From positions 120,916-184,915 of IMG/VR virus record IMGVR_UViG_3300015607_004925: a DNA stretch of 64,000 nt; one strand, written 5' to 3'. This DNA comes from a virus. Lineage: Duplodnaviria > Caudoviricetes. Of the stretch, positions 19,539 through 29,212 are shown one piece after another. The translations under genes and the position numbers were made by a program. Position 1 is the first letter of the stretch. The number at the start of each line of letters is the position of its first letter. The notes beneath the pieces are model-generated. The model searched no databases, had not been told where the DNA came from, and was given only the letters and a program-made list of their open reading frames with translations.

Positions 19539-19993
19539 GTACGGTACGCTGGGGCGCACCGTTCATTGGGCCGCGGCTCCGTGTCCGTCGTGTAGATACG
19601 TGCTTAGACGGGCTTGCCACGCGTGCGCGCGATGAACATCGCTGGCTGTTCGAGACGCGTGATGGCGGCACTGTGGCGAACAAGTACGGCTACCCTGCGG
19701 AAACCGAGGTCTTGCTCGCGGTGGTTGCCCCGGACGGACGTATCGCGGCATGGGGCGGGCGTGCGTCCGCCAACAAAGCCGGAGCACGTAGTGCGGCGTT
19801 ACACGCGCTCGCGCGCATGCCGTTCCTGGGGCCGCACCACGGTGACCCGGTCGACTATTTCGACGGACGTGTCGGCAGCGAGCGACGCGATGCCGGCGAA
19901 AACGCGTTGAAATGTCTGTGGTTTCATGTCTGGCGCGAGTTCACTCCATGTGTGTGGTGTGCGGCTAGGGTTTATGCGATAAACATCGCATGA
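19535..19993 (+). CDS. Hypothetical protein with CVWC tail
   Basis: GGTVANKYGYPAETE...TPCVWC; ATGA overlaps at both ends. Confidence 0.6.
   Translation: MSTVRWGAPFIGPRLRVRRVDTCLDGLATRARDEHRWLFETRDGGTVANKYGYPAETEVLLAVVAPDGRIAAWGGRASANKAGARSAALHALARMPFLGPHHGDPVDYFDGRVGSERRDAGENALKCLWFHVWREFTPCVWCAARVYAINIA
19970..19984. promoter_or_regulatory. Palindromic operator/promoter element (perfect)
   Basis: GTTTAT GCG ATAAAC, 5 nt before mazG-like ATG. Confidence 0.7.
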
Positions 19994-20403
19994 ATAACCT
20001 GACCCCGACCGAGTACCAGACTCTCGCCCTGCTCACCGAGCACACGCCGGACTTCGTCCGCCTGACCAACCGCGACGGCGTGCCCTACAGCGCCGAGCAC
20101 AACATGATGGTCGCGCGGGCGATCCACGGCTGCCTCGGGCTGATGTCCGAGGTCGGCGAGGTCGCCGACGCGCTGAAGAAGCACATCATCTACGACCGGG
20201 CGCTCGACGAGATCAACATCATGGAGGAGTCGGGCGACATCTCCTGGTACCAGGCGCTCATCCTGTCGGCCGTGAAGAAGGGCATGCAGGAGGCGCTCGA
20301 CAAGAACATCGCGAAGCTCAAGCAGCGCTTCGGCGACAAGTTCGACTACGACGCGGTCATCAACCGGGACCTCGCCGCGGAGCGGCGGATCCTCGAGGAG
20401 TAG
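19990..20403 (+). CDS. MazG-like nucleotide pyrophosphohydrolase
   Basis: GLMSEVGEVADALKK...EESGDISWY...NIAKLKQRF. Confidence 0.85.
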   Translation: MNNLTPTEYQTLALLTEHTPDFVRLTNRDGVPYSAEHNMMVARAIHGCLGLMSEVGEVADALKKHIIYDRALDEINIMEESGDISWYQALILSAVKKGMQEALDKNIAKLKQRFGDKFDYDAVINRDLAAERRILEE

Positions 20404-20407
20404 ACAC

Positions 20408-20575
20408 ATGGCAAAGCTCACCCCCGTGGAACGCGAACAGCTCGAGGTCGCGGACCTGCACCTGCAGCGCTTCCTGCGCGCCTTCAAGGCGAAGACGCGC
20501 AAGGGCAAGGACCTCGAGCACCTCCGCGGGCTGGAGTCGGCGGCGAACCTGCTCGCAGCGATGCGCCTGCCGTGA
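20408..20575 (+). CDS. Small hypothetical protein
   Basis: GAGGAG RBS; MAKLTPVEREQLE... Confidence 0.6.
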   Translation: MAKLTPVEREQLEVADLHLQRFLRAFKAKTRKGKDLEHLRGLESAANLLAAMRLP

Positions 20576-20751
20576 AGGAGCGCCCCGTCCCGCCGCCGTG
20601 GCCGAGCATCCTCATCGCGCTCGCGTTCATCGTCGCGGGCATCGCGCAGTGCGTGCACCCCACGCGTGGGCAGACGCCGGAGGACGCATGCGGTGGCAAG
20701 AACTCGCACCCGGTGACGATCGGCGGCTCGATGGTCATTGGGTGCCGGTGA
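20572..20751 (+). CDS. Small membrane protein
   Basis: WPSILIALAFIVAGIAQC; GTGA overlaps. Confidence 0.5.
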   Translation: MKERPVPPPWPSILIALAFIVAGIAQCVHPTRGQTPEDACGGKNSHPVTIGGSMVIGCR

Positions 20752-20981
20752 TCGGCGAGGTCGTCTGCGTTCACCCCGGCGGAGACGTCGCGTACAACTT
20801 CCTCGCCCGTGTACGCATGCTCGCGGGCAACCGGCACGAGGACTACAGGCGCTTTCGGATACTGCCGCTGTTCGCGTCGCGCACGAACATGCGTGATGCG
20901 CACACCAGCATGCTCGAGCCGACGCGCCTGACGTTCCGCGGCCACGCCTGCGTGCGCTGCAAGAAAGGACAGATTCGATGA
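20748..20981 (+). CDS. Hypothetical protein with CVRC tail
   Basis: GTGA overlap; GHACVRC. Confidence 0.45.
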   Translation: MIGEVVCVHPGGDVAYNFLARVRMLAGNRHEDYRRFRILPLFASRTNMRDAHTSMLEPTRLTFRGHACVRCKKGQIR

Positions 20982-20997
20982 AGAACCGTGTGGCGCC

Positions 20998-21486
20998 GTG
21001 AGCGCCGAAGACGTCCACATCGTCCGCGCCGACGTGCCGCAGCCACCCCACGCCGCGCGCGAAGTGCTCTGCGGCTTCGAGACGCCCAAGGACGGCAACC
21101 GCGTGTCAGGCCCGCCGAACATGGCGACCTGTTGGCGGTGCATCCTCCTGGCGTGCGGTCGGCCGATCCCGCCGGAGCCCGCGGTCACTGAGCACGAGCG
21201 CCTCGAGGCGACGAAGAAGACCGACGACGCGACGCAGCTCGTCGGCGAGTTCGTCGACTGGCTCGCCCAGGAGAAGCAGCTCGTGCTGGGCCGGTGGAAC
21301 GACGACAACGAGCTGACCCCCGCGCGCGAGAACATCTCGCGCCTGCTCGCCGAGTACTTCGGCATCGACCAGAACGCCCTCGAGGCCGAGAAGACCGCCC
21401 TGCTCGGGTACCTGCGCGAAACCCACCAGGCCCGCGAGTGGGCCATGACCGAGGGCAAGAAGACCCTCAGCCACGCCGGAGAGTGA
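20998..21486 (+). CDS. HC3-like finger family member 3 (with C-terminal domain)
   Basis: EDVH...VLCG...ATCWRC. Confidence 0.65.
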   Translation: MSAEDVHIVRADVPQPPHAAREVLCGFETPKDGNRVSGPPNMATCWRCILLACGRPIPPEPAVTEHERLEATKKTDDATQLVGEFVDWLAQEKQLVLGRWNDDNELTPARENISRLLAEYFGIDQNALEAEKTALLGYLRETHQAREWAMTEGKKTLSHAGE

Positions 21487-21489
21487 CGC

Positions 21490-22392
21490 ATGTCCCGCAA
21501 GTTCGACAACGCCACGCGCGTCGACAACTACCGCTTCGACCCGCTCGACATCTGCATCGTGGGCGGGAAGGCCTTGCCCCCGGACGAGCAGGGCCCGAAG
21601 GACACGCCGATGGACCCCACGCACGTGCTGCACGTCCACGACCTCCTGATGCCGGTCAAGCCGGAGGAGGTGGATGACATCTACGAACGCGGCGTCATGA
21701 ACGCGGTCGAGGTCATCATCGTCAACGGCGTGCCCTGCGTCGTGACGGGACGCGGCCGCGTGCGCAAGGCGCGCCTGGCCAACATCCGACGCAAGCAGGC
21801 GGGGCTGCCCAAGATCGACGTTCAGGTCTCGATCACGCGCGAGACCAAGGGGCTCGAGCTGTTCCGACGCATCGTCGCCGAGAACCTCTACCGCAAGGAG
21901 ATGACGGTCCTCGACCGCATCACCATGGCGACCGAGCTGCTGAACCGCGGCGCCGCCAAGACGGAGGTCGCCGAGATGTTCGGCGTCAGCGAGCGGCGCT
22001 TCGACGAGTGGCTCTCCATCCCGGACAAGGCGACGCCGGAGGTCCAGGCCGCGCTCAAGCAGGGCCGCATCAACGCGTCCGGCGCGATCATGCTGGCCAA
22101 CGCGACGAAGTCGCCCGAGCAGATGAACGAGGCGCTGGCCGAGCTACTGACATCGCCGAACCCCAGCGCGCGTGCCGCGCGCAAGGCCGCGCGCGAAGCG
22201 TCGGGCAAGACGACGGACGCGCGCGTGACGCGCAACGACCTCAAGGCCTTGCTCGAGTACGTCACCGCGCACAAGGCGCAGGACGAGCAGAGCCTCGGCG
22301 AGGTCCTGCAGGTCATCCTCGGCAAGAAGCAGACCGGCAAGGTCTATGCCCTGCTCGAGAAGGCGCGCGAGGCCAAGAAGAGCGCGGACTAG
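21490..22392 (+). CDS. ParB/Srx-like protein with HTH
   Basis: VVTGRGRVRKAR, AENLYRKEMT, KTEVAEMFGVSE. Confidence 0.75.
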   Translation: MSRKFDNATRVDNYRFDPLDICIVGGKALPPDEQGPKDTPMDPTHVLHVHDLLMPVKPEEVDDIYERGVMNAVEVIIVNGVPCVVTGRGRVRKARLANIRRKQAGLPKIDVQVSITRETKGLELFRRIVAENLYRKEMTVLDRITMATELLNRGAAKTEVAEMFGVSERRFDEWLSIPDKATPEVQAALKQGRINASGAIMLANATKSPEQMNEALAELLTSPNPSARAARKAAREASGKTTDARVTRNDLKALLEYVTAHKAQDEQSLGEVLQVILGKKQTGKVYALLEKAREAKKSAD

Positions 22393-22395
22393 TAC

Positions 22396-22686
22396 GTGCC
22401 GCCTCTGTGGGAGGGGTTACGGACGTTGTGCATTGCTCCCCAGGACTTCGGCGGGTTCACATACCCCCATGTCCACGTCGTTCGCTATGACGGCGTCGTC
22501 CACATCACCACCTACACCGAAGGTCCGGGGGTCGTCACTGTCGACACCCGCAGTACACCACTGCGGGAGTTCCGCATACACACCCGGTGCGATCGCGTCC
22601 TGAAGATGTGCCTGGGCGGACACAACCGCTTCACGACAGCGTCGCCGACCTGTGTACGGTGCGTCGGCAAACCGGAGGTCCGATGA
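22396..22686 (+). CDS. HC3-like finger family member 4
   Basis: YDGVVH...TRC...SPTCVRC. Confidence 0.65.
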   Translation: MPPLWEGLRTLCIAPQDFGGFTYPHVHVVRYDGVVHITTYTEGPGVVTVDTRSTPLREFRIHTRCDRVLKMCLGGHNRFTTASPTCVRCVGKPEVR

Positions 22687-22865
22687 GCGGCAAACGCGTT
22701 CCGATCTGCGCCAACTCGAAGCACGTCTGGAGGCGACGGGGTGCGCGTGAGGTCTGCGAGAAGTGCGGGATCAAGTTCCCGTGCACGAGCGTGAAGTGTG
22801 GCCACCTCGACTGCGCGGAGTGCCGTGCGATCGGGCTTGACCAGTGGACCAAGGAGAACACGTGA
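22683..22865 (+). CDS. Small Cys-rich protein
   Basis: CEKC, CAEC; ATGA overlap. Confidence 0.55.
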   Translation: MSGKRVPICANSKHVWRRRGAREVCEKCGIKFPCTSVKCGHLDCAECRAIGLDQWTKENT

Positions 22866-23182
22866 CGCCGCGTTTCTCGAACGAGATCTACTGTGCGTGC
22901 GGCGTGCGTGCGCGATGGGTCGTCGTAGCATGCGTCTGGGCGTGTGGGCGAGACGACACGCCGTGCGCCTTCGCGATGAGCGAGGCCTACGCGGCCGCGC
23001 ACCAGGTCGGGCCGTTCGCGCGCGCGTACGACCCTACCCGGGACTTCGAGGGCGCGCCCATCCCGGGGTTTGCGCAGACCGGGCCGTATTCGTATGTCCG
23101 CATCGCGGAACCTGACACCAAGGCGATCTATCACGAAGGCAACGTGGCCGCGCACAGGCTGGCGAAGCGAGGCATGTGGTGA
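22862..23182 (+). CDS. Hypothetical protein
   Basis: AAGGAG RBS, GTGA overlap. Confidence 0.55.
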   Translation: MTPRFSNEIYCACGVRARWVVVACVWACGRDDTPCAFAMSEAYAAAHQVGPFARAYDPTRDFEGAPIPGFAQTGPYSYVRIAEPDTKAIYHEGNVAAHRLAKRGMW

Positions 23183-23394
23183 TGACAAAGAAACCGCAAC
23201 CACGACAACACCCGCAGCAAGAACTGCAAGCGATCTACGACATCGCGCGCCGTGCGGTGGCCGACAACCCGAAGTTTCGCGAGGGCTACGACTCCGAGAC
23301 CGGCGAGCCGCTCGGTGAGCGGAAGAACCTCGAGCGCGTGTTCGCGCGCGTGCGCGAACACTTCGGCCTCGAAGAGCCGGTGGTGAAGAAGTGA
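23182..23394 (+). CDS. Hypothetical protein
   Basis: TGATG coupling. Confidence 0.55.
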   Translation: MTKKPQPRQHPQQELQAIYDIARRAVADNPKFREGYDSETGEPLGERKNLERVFARVREHFGLEEPVVKK

Positions 23395-24142
23395 CGAAGC
23401 GGAAGACCGAGCCGAAGCCGAAGCGGCTGCCGACGCTCGCCGCGTGCGAGCAGGCCCTCGGCGAGAAGGCCGAGGCGTGGGTCGCGCGCTGCTACGAGAT
23501 CGCATCCAAGATCGTCGCGGCCGGGCTCGTCACGGTCACTGGACCGGCGACGTCGCGTACGGCAGTCACTTCGACCGGCGCGCGCAGCTGCCGTTCATCG
23601 CCCATGGCTGGATCCAGCTCGACGACGGGCGCGTGCTGGACCCGACGCGCTGGGTGTTCGAGAACGTGGCGCCGTACCTCTACGTCGGCGAGCCGCCGGA
23701 CACATGGGGCATCGTCCCGTGCGAGAACTGCGAACTCCTGCCGGAGGAGCATCGTGACGGCGGGCCCGAGGACCGCTGTGACGCGTACGAGCCGCGGCGG
23801 TGGCCCTACGACGAAGGCGGCAACCAGTGGCGGGAGACGATGACGCGCGGCCGTCCGGTGCCGAAGGCGAAGGGTCCCCTCAAGCCGGTCAAGCTCAGCG
23901 GCATGACGAAGCGGTGGCTCGGGAGTGTGCTCGACGTCGCGGACGTGAGCAAGCTCGCCGCCAACCAGCTCATCTACGTCGCGAACCTGTCGTACGACGT
24001 CATCAAACGCGCCGTCGGCCCCGAGGGTGTGCGGATGATCTACGAGGCCATCCGCGACTTCGACGACAACGCCGTGGCGTGGATCCCGATCGACAACTTC
24101 AACCGGGCCCGACGCGAGTGTGGGCTGACCAGGGAGTACTGA
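23391..24142 (+). pseudogene. Frameshifted gene, putative papain/transglutaminase-like Cys-His-Asp fold
   Basis: N-part (RCYEIASKIVAAGLV) in frame of 23391; C-part (HGHWTG...HGWI...VLDPTRW) in frame of 23444; switch near 23530. Confidence 0.55.
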
Positions 24143-24393
24143 TGGCCGAGCGAAAGAAGATCGACGAGGTCATCGGCACGGCGCCGGTGCGCTTCACGGG
24201 CGACGCTTTCTACTTCACGATGGACGGCGGGACATTCGAGGGCGAGGGCGTCAAGGGCTCGTTCTCGTCGACCGTCGGCGGGGCCGCGATCGTCATCCGC
24301 ATCGAGGGCGGCGGCACCTACACGTGCAGCGCGCGCGACATCGTCGAGGTCGCGGTCGCACACCACAAGGCGCTGCCGAGGAAGGAAGGCTGA
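24142..24393 (+). CDS. Hypothetical protein
   Basis: GGGAG RBS, TGATG coupling. Confidence 0.6.
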   Translation: MAERKKIDEVIGTAPVRFTGDAFYFTMDGGTFEGEGVKGSFSSTVGGAAIVIRIEGGGTYTCSARDIVEVAVAHHKALPRKEG

Positions 24394-24566
24394 TGGGCTA
24401 CAAGTACCAGAACCCTCACGAGGACGCGGTCAGCCCGCCGGGCTCGCGCAACGCGTGGTGGATCGGCACGTGCGCCACGCACGGGGTGACGCCCCACCAG
24501 ACCCCGTTTGGCTGCGAGGCCTGCCAACGCGAGCGCCTGGCCAAGCAGGACTTGGTGAAGCCGTGA
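24393..24566 (+). CDS. Small zinc-finger-like protein
   Basis: CATHG...CEAC. Confidence 0.55.
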   Translation: MGYKYQNPHEDAVSPPGSRNAWWIGTCATHGVTPHQTPFGCEACQRERLAKQDLVKP

Positions 24567-24742
24567 CGGTCGCCGTAGCCATCTGGGCGGTCGTCGGCGG
24601 CACCCTCGCGATCGGCGCCCGGCGCGCGCTCGACAGCCCTTGGCCTCGCGCCATCGGCGTCGGGTTTATCTGGCCGACGTATCCAGCCTTGATCGCGATC
24701 TCGCGGATCCGCTATGGTCTGCGACGGAGGTCCCCGCCGTGA
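24563..24742 (+). CDS. Small membrane protein
   Basis: Two hydrophobic segments; GTGA overlaps. Confidence 0.5.
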   Translation: MTVAVAIWAVVGGTLAIGARRALDSPWPRAIGVGFIWPTYPALIAISRIRYGLRRRSPP

Positions 24743-25230
24743 TCGAGTGGCTCCTGAAGAAGATCGTCGCCAAACTCCCCCGCCGCACCATCACCGACCC
24801 GAACGGCGACCCGTACCTCACGCGCTGGTACGTCTGGCCAGGCAAGCCGCGCAGCGCCGACGCGCCCAAGGGCACGGACCCCGATCGGGTCGCGTCGAAC
24901 GCGCCGTTCGCCGTGTTCATCCACTTCTTCCATCGGTCCGACAAGGACCGTGATCAGCACAACCACCCCTGGGACCGGAGCATCGCGCTCATCCTCAAGG
25001 GCGGCTACATGGAGCAGCGCGGCGATCGCGTGAAGGTCTTCCGGCCCGGCATGATCAACACGATCGGCAAGGACGACTACCACCGCGTGACGCTGCTCGA
25101 CGCCAAGCGTGGCAGCTGGAGCCTCTTCATCGCCGGCCGGAACGTCGGCAGCTGGGGCTTCAAGGACAGCGCGACGGGCGAGCACATCCACTGGCGGGCC
25201 TATCTCGCCCGTCCCAACACGGACCGCTGA
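24739..25230 (+). CDS. Phage cupin-like protein
   Basis: HFFHRSD...HNHPW...GGYME...DYHRV...WSLF...WGF. Confidence 0.65.
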   Translation: MIEWLLKKIVAKLPRRTITDPNGDPYLTRWYVWPGKPRSADAPKGTDPDRVASNAPFAVFIHFFHRSDKDRDQHNHPWDRSIALILKGGYMEQRGDRVKVFRPGMINTIGKDDYHRVTLLDAKRGSWSLFIAGRNVGSWGFKDSATGEHIHWRAYLARPNTDR

Positions 25231-25232
25231 TC

Positions 25233-25433
25233 ATGGCGAGATCTCCAGGCTCCGCGCGCGCACTCGACCTCCAGGCGCTGAAGCAAGCGCTCGCGAGCAC
25301 GACACGCGCGATCGAGTTGTTCGTCGAGGGTGACGACGAGGACGCGCTCGCGCAGGCCGAGCTAGCCGAGCGGTTCCTGGGGGAGTTCGTCGAGAGTCGA
25401 CAGCCGTCGAGGCGGCGAAAGGGGAGAACCTGA
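25233..25433 (+). CDS. Hypothetical protein
   Basis: Helical 66 aa ORF. Confidence 0.5.
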   Translation: MARSPGSARALDLQALKQALASTTRAIELFVEGDDEDALAQAELAERFLGEFVESRQPSRRRKGRT

Positions 25434-25435
25434 CC

Positions 25436-25720
25436 GTGGGACATCGATTTCCGCCACTGAAAACGAACAGCCTGGGCAAGGAAGTGAGGGTTCGACGCCA
25501 GCGCCGACGGGCCCCGGCACAGCTGACCAAGGGCAGCCACGACGCGGCGCCGCCCAAGCCCCATCCCAAGGGTGGCAAGGGGTGGCCGACGTGGCTAGCT
25601 GACACGTGGCATGGCTACGTCGGCTACAAGAGCACGGTCCGCCGCCGACGCATCCGCGCGACGATGAAGAAGCTCGAGCGCCGCCAGGCGCGACGACGCC
25701 TGAATCGAGGCGACGAATGA
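25436..25720 (+). CDS. Basic hypothetical protein
   Basis: Arg/Lys-rich, GGGGAG RBS. Confidence 0.5.
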   Translation: MGHRFPPLKTNSLGKEVRVRRQRRRAPAQLTKGSHDAAPPKPHPKGGKGWPTWLADTWHGYVGYKSTVRRRRIRATMKKLERRQARRRLNRGDE

Positions 25721-25749
25721 ACAGGCCTACCACACCAAGAAGGAGCACG

Positions 25750-25965
25750 ATGCCGGCGCCGCTGACGCCTGACATCCGCGTGGAACCCTCGCCGACGTCG
25801 CTCGGCGTGTGCAACGGCTGCGGGATCGAGGCGAAGGATGGTTCCGTCGTGCACGTGAAGTTCGCATGGCACGACGGAAAGAAGCTGGGCGGCGGGACGG
25901 CGGTGGCGCTGTGCCGCCCCTGCCGAGTGACGGCGATCGCCGCGATGGCGAAGTCGCTCCTGTAG
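25750..25965 (+). CDS. Small zinc-finger protein
   Basis: AAGGAG RBS; CNGC...LCRPC. Confidence 0.6.
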   Translation: MPAPLTPDIRVEPSPTSLGVCNGCGIEAKDGSVVHVKFAWHDGKKLGGGTAVALCRPCRVTAIAAMAKSLL

Positions 25966-26167
25966 TCCCGACGGCCGCCGAGGCCGCCGAGTTCCTACAG
26001 CGCTACGCAATCACGGTCGAGCCCTGCGACGTGGGCGTGGCCATCGCCGTCCTGCTCGACCACATCGTGCGATGTGAGCAGGCGTTGACGTTGGTCCGCA
26101 GCGGGCACGAGCGCGCGATGCGCCGCGCGCCCGACCACGCGGTCATCGACGTCGGAAGGACGAAAGG

Positions 26168-26692
26168 ATGACGCCACGGAAAGCCTACCGGAGCCAGATC
26201 GAGGACCTCGCGAAGGAAGCTCTCGCGGGGCACGTGCTCACGGTCGTGCGCGCGGACGGCGACGGCAAGCCCTTCGTCTGGAAGGTGTGCAGCGCCGACC
26301 CCGCGAAGTGGCCGTACTGGTACTTCGTCGCGGAGCTGCCGGGCGCCATCGTCCAGTACGGTGACATCGGCGGCCTCATGATCGAAGCCGGCCAGGGCTA
26401 CGACCTCGGCTGGCTCGACGGCGCGATGGGGTCGATGGACTACGTGCTCGGCAAGAGCAAGGCCAAGCGCGACTACTTCGTCGAGGAGCTGTTCAGGGCG
26501 TACCTCGTCGAGCACGACTACAGCGTCGACGACTACGAGAGCTACGAGGACTTCGTCATCGACACCGGCAACACCGAGGCCTACGAGTGCGTACACGACT
26601 GGCCCTCGGAGGCGCTCTGGGCGTACTGGGCGCTCCACAAGTTCGTGGAGTTGCGCCGGGCCGAGAAGGCCGCGGCGTGCCCGACGACCTGA
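26168..26692 (+). CDS. Hypothetical phage protein
   Basis: Strong codon bias; GDIG...DYVLGK. Confidence 0.7.
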   Translation: MTPRKAYRSQIEDLAKEALAGHVLTVVRADGDGKPFVWKVCSADPAKWPYWYFVAELPGAIVQYGDIGGLMIEAGQGYDLGWLDGAMGSMDYVLGKSKAKRDYFVEELFRAYLVEHDYSVDDYESYEDFVIDTGNTEAYECVHDWPSEALWAYWALHKFVELRRAEKAAACPTT

Positions 26693-26742
26693 GCCAGCAC
26701 CCCCTACTTCCCACCCGCGCGCCTCGCGCGCTGAAGGTCCGC

Positions 26743-27726
26743 ATGCAGAAGATCTACGAGATCGCCAAGATCGCCAAGAAGTTCATCGTCCGCCACAGCT
26801 CGGCGCTCACGCAGTACCAGCCCTACGTCTTCTGCGTCGAAGAGCGCACGGCGAACGCCGTGGCGGCCTGCCTCAACGACGGCCCGTACACGGCCGAGCA
26901 GTACCGCTGGCAGATCGACGCGGCCAACAACGGCAAGCCGCACTGGTGCGTCACGCCCGACGTGCCGTGGGTGCTCGCGGACGCGGACGAGGTCCGCCCA
27001 GGGCAGTTCTACATCGGCGTGTGGACGCACGAGAAGAACGCCCGCGACATCTGGAGGGACATCGTCAAGGGCGACGACAAGGTCGACTACTACACCTCTG
27101 GCGTCGGCCCCATCCAGGACCCCGGCTTCGTCATCGTGAACGCCAACGACCACGCCAACCCCGCCGAGCTGTGGGTCTACCGGTACCAGCTCAAGCCGGG
27201 CGAGGCGTTCGAGTACCTCACCAACCCCGGCGACAAGTACGTCGCAGTGGAGCACCCCTGGGACGAGAACCCGCCCAAGCCCTGGCACATCAGCTACCAG
27301 ACGTCCGCCAAGGACGGCGGCGTGGCGAACGCCAAGGTCAAACGCATCCCGCGCTGGGACGGCAAGGATCCGATCGTCCTGCCGTGCGTCGCGCCGCTCG
27401 ATGACTTCGACCGCCTGAGCCGCGAGACGGTCGAGGGCCTCACCGGCCTCGAGTGCCTCGCGCGCTTCGAGCTGGCGCTGCGCACCGAGAGCTTCGGCCG
27501 GAAGGACGGCAAGCTGTACGTGCCGGTGCCTGAGGGCGCGATCGGCGTCGTCGGCGGCATCAACGGCGGCCTCGTCGAGACCCAGATCGTGTTCGCCAAG
27601 CGGGTGTGGACGGCGAAGCTGCGCCGGCTCGCCGCCGAGAAGCGCGCGGCCGAGGCGCAGGCGGCCTACAACCTCGTCGTCTGCGACGACGTCGACGAGT
27701 TGCCGAACATGGTCGACGCGCCATGA
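26743..27726 (+). CDS. Hypothetical protein
   Basis: Strong codon bias, 327 aa. Confidence 0.7.
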   Translation: MQKIYEIAKIAKKFIVRHSSALTQYQPYVFCVEERTANAVAACLNDGPYTAEQYRWQIDAANNGKPHWCVTPDVPWVLADADEVRPGQFYIGVWTHEKNARDIWRDIVKGDDKVDYYTSGVGPIQDPGFVIVNANDHANPAELWVYRYQLKPGEAFEYLTNPGDKYVAVEHPWDENPPKPWHISYQTSAKDGGVANAKVKRIPRWDGKDPIVLPCVAPLDDFDRLSRETVEGLTGLECLARFELALRTESFGRKDGKLYVPVPEGAIGVVGGINGGLVETQIVFAKRVWTAKLRRLAAEKRAAEAQAAYNLVVCDDVDELPNMVDAP

Positions 27727-27956
27727 AGACGTTCCACGTCCGCTACGAACGACGCACGACCATCCAGTGCTACGTCGTGGTGCAGGCGGAAGACGCGATC
27801 GCAGCGGCGAATACTGCCCAGGAGCTGACCGTCGAGTCCGACGACGCACTCATCGAGATGCCGGAGACCTACCATGTCGAGACGAACGAAATCGGAGAAG
27901 TCGACGAAGTCGACGAAGTCGAAGACGTCGAAGACGTCGCCGACACTGGAGCGTGA
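27723..27956 (+). CDS. Small acidic protein
   Basis: ATGA overlap; EVDEVDEVEDVEDV tail from 9-bp repeats. Confidence 0.6.
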   Translation: MKTFHVRYERRTTIQCYVVVQAEDAIAAANTAQELTVESDDALIEMPETYHVETNEIGEVDEVDEVEDVEDVADTGA

Positions 27957-28281
27957 CCCCGAGGACGGCGCGCCGCGTCCGAAGACGTGGACCGTCACGT
28001 TCAAGATGTCGCGGACGATCGTGGTCACGGCAGCCAGTGCGAAGAAAGCCGAAGAGAAGGCACGCAACGTGGCGCTCTTCGCGCGCGAGAGCCCGATCGA
28101 CCGCGACGACATCGACGAGACGCGCGTCGGCTGGGTGAATCCGGAGCCCGCGGCGGACCCGACCGTCGTGCACCACGCAGACTGCTGGGGCAACCACTGC
28201 CGGCACTACGGCTGTGTGACGGACGAGACCGCGATCGACCACCACGCGTACTGCTCGCAGTGCGACCTCGGAGCGTACTGA
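27874..28281 (+). CDS. Hypothetical protein (start uncertain)
   Basis: VVTAASAKKAEEKA; His/Cys-rich C-terminus. Confidence 0.5.
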   Translation: MSRRTKSEKSTKSTKSKTSKTSPTLERDPEDGAPRPKTWTVTFKMSRTIVVTAASAKKAEEKARNVALFARESPIDRDDIDETRVGWVNPEPAADPTVVHHADCWGNHCRHYGCVTDETAIDHHAYCSQCDLGAY

Positions 28282-28532
28282 TGCTGCCGATGACGGACGA
28301 AGAAGCCGATCAGCACGCGCTCGCCATCTACGCGATGATGGCGCGTGACATCGAGGACGCGCTCGACGAGGTCTACGCGTGCGACAACATCCGGTGTCTC
28401 GAGACGCTGTACGCCATACTGACGACGCGTGGCGGTCCGAACACCGACGACGAGCTGAACGCGATCATGGCCGGGCCGACGAAGCGGCGACTCGAGACGC
28501 TGAAGGGGGCGCCCGATGCCGCTGGCACGTAG
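28281..28532 (+). CDS. Hypothetical protein
   Basis: TGATG coupling. Confidence 0.55.
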   Translation: MLPMTDEEADQHALAIYAMMARDIEDALDEVYACDNIRCLETLYAILTTRGGPNTDDELNAIMAGPTKRRLETLKGAPDAAGT

Positions 28533-28685
28533 TGGTGGTTCGCGCCACCGTGTGACGTACCTGGGGTGGGGCAGCTACCAGACCTCGTGGTGCTACGAGG
28601 TGAAGTACACGGGCTCACGCCTCTTGCATCATCGCACCGTCGTCCGGGACACGGACGAGAAGGGAGCCGCGCGATTCGCGAAGAA

Positions 28686-28958
28686 GTGGGGTCTCACGCT
28701 GCCGGAACCACCATCGACGCCTACGTCGCCCGTTGCGGGCTCTGCTTCTTCGGCGCGTTCGAGGCGCCGGAAGCCGGCGAAGACGCGCTAGTCCACGCCT
28801 GCATGGTCGTCGACGCCAACTACGGAAACAAGCGGGCAGTGCGAGCGCGGTGCGGTCGCCGTGCCGTGACCGCGCGCGTCGTCACCGTGTCCGGCACGAA
28901 CATGCCGACGTGTTGCGCGTGTATCGCACGCACCTACGAAAGGAACCTGCCCCTGTGA
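28686..28958 (+). CDS. HC3-like finger family member 5 (start uncertain)
   Basis: DALVH...ARCG...MPTCCAC. Confidence 0.6.
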   Translation: MGSHAAGTTIDAYVARCGLCFFGAFEAPEAGEDALVHACMVVDANYGNKRAVRARCGRRAVTARVVTVSGTNMPTCCACIARTYERNLPL

Positions 28959-29212
28959 ACCTCAACGAGCTGGTCCTTCAGCTGCGCAAGCCACCGGTGG
29001 AAGGTGCGTACGAGATCGTGCGCGGGCCTGACGCCATGAACCACCTGGCGGTCATCACACGCGCCCGCGATGTGCGCGAACGCGGCATCAACGTCCGCGA
29101 GTTCGCCTTCCAGTTGTGGTGTGGTCTCGTGCATACGGACCCAACCACCCTCGAGGTCGTGCGCACCGAATCTCTCACCTGTATCCGCTGCGTCCAATGG
29201 AGGACGTCATGA
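28955..29212 (+). CDS. HC3-like finger family member 6
   Basis: DAMNH...LWCG...SLTCIRC. Confidence 0.65.
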   Translation: MNLNELVLQLRKPPVEGAYEIVRGPDAMNHLAVITRARDVRERGINVREFAFQLWCGLVHTDPTTLEVVRTESLTCIRCVQWRTS

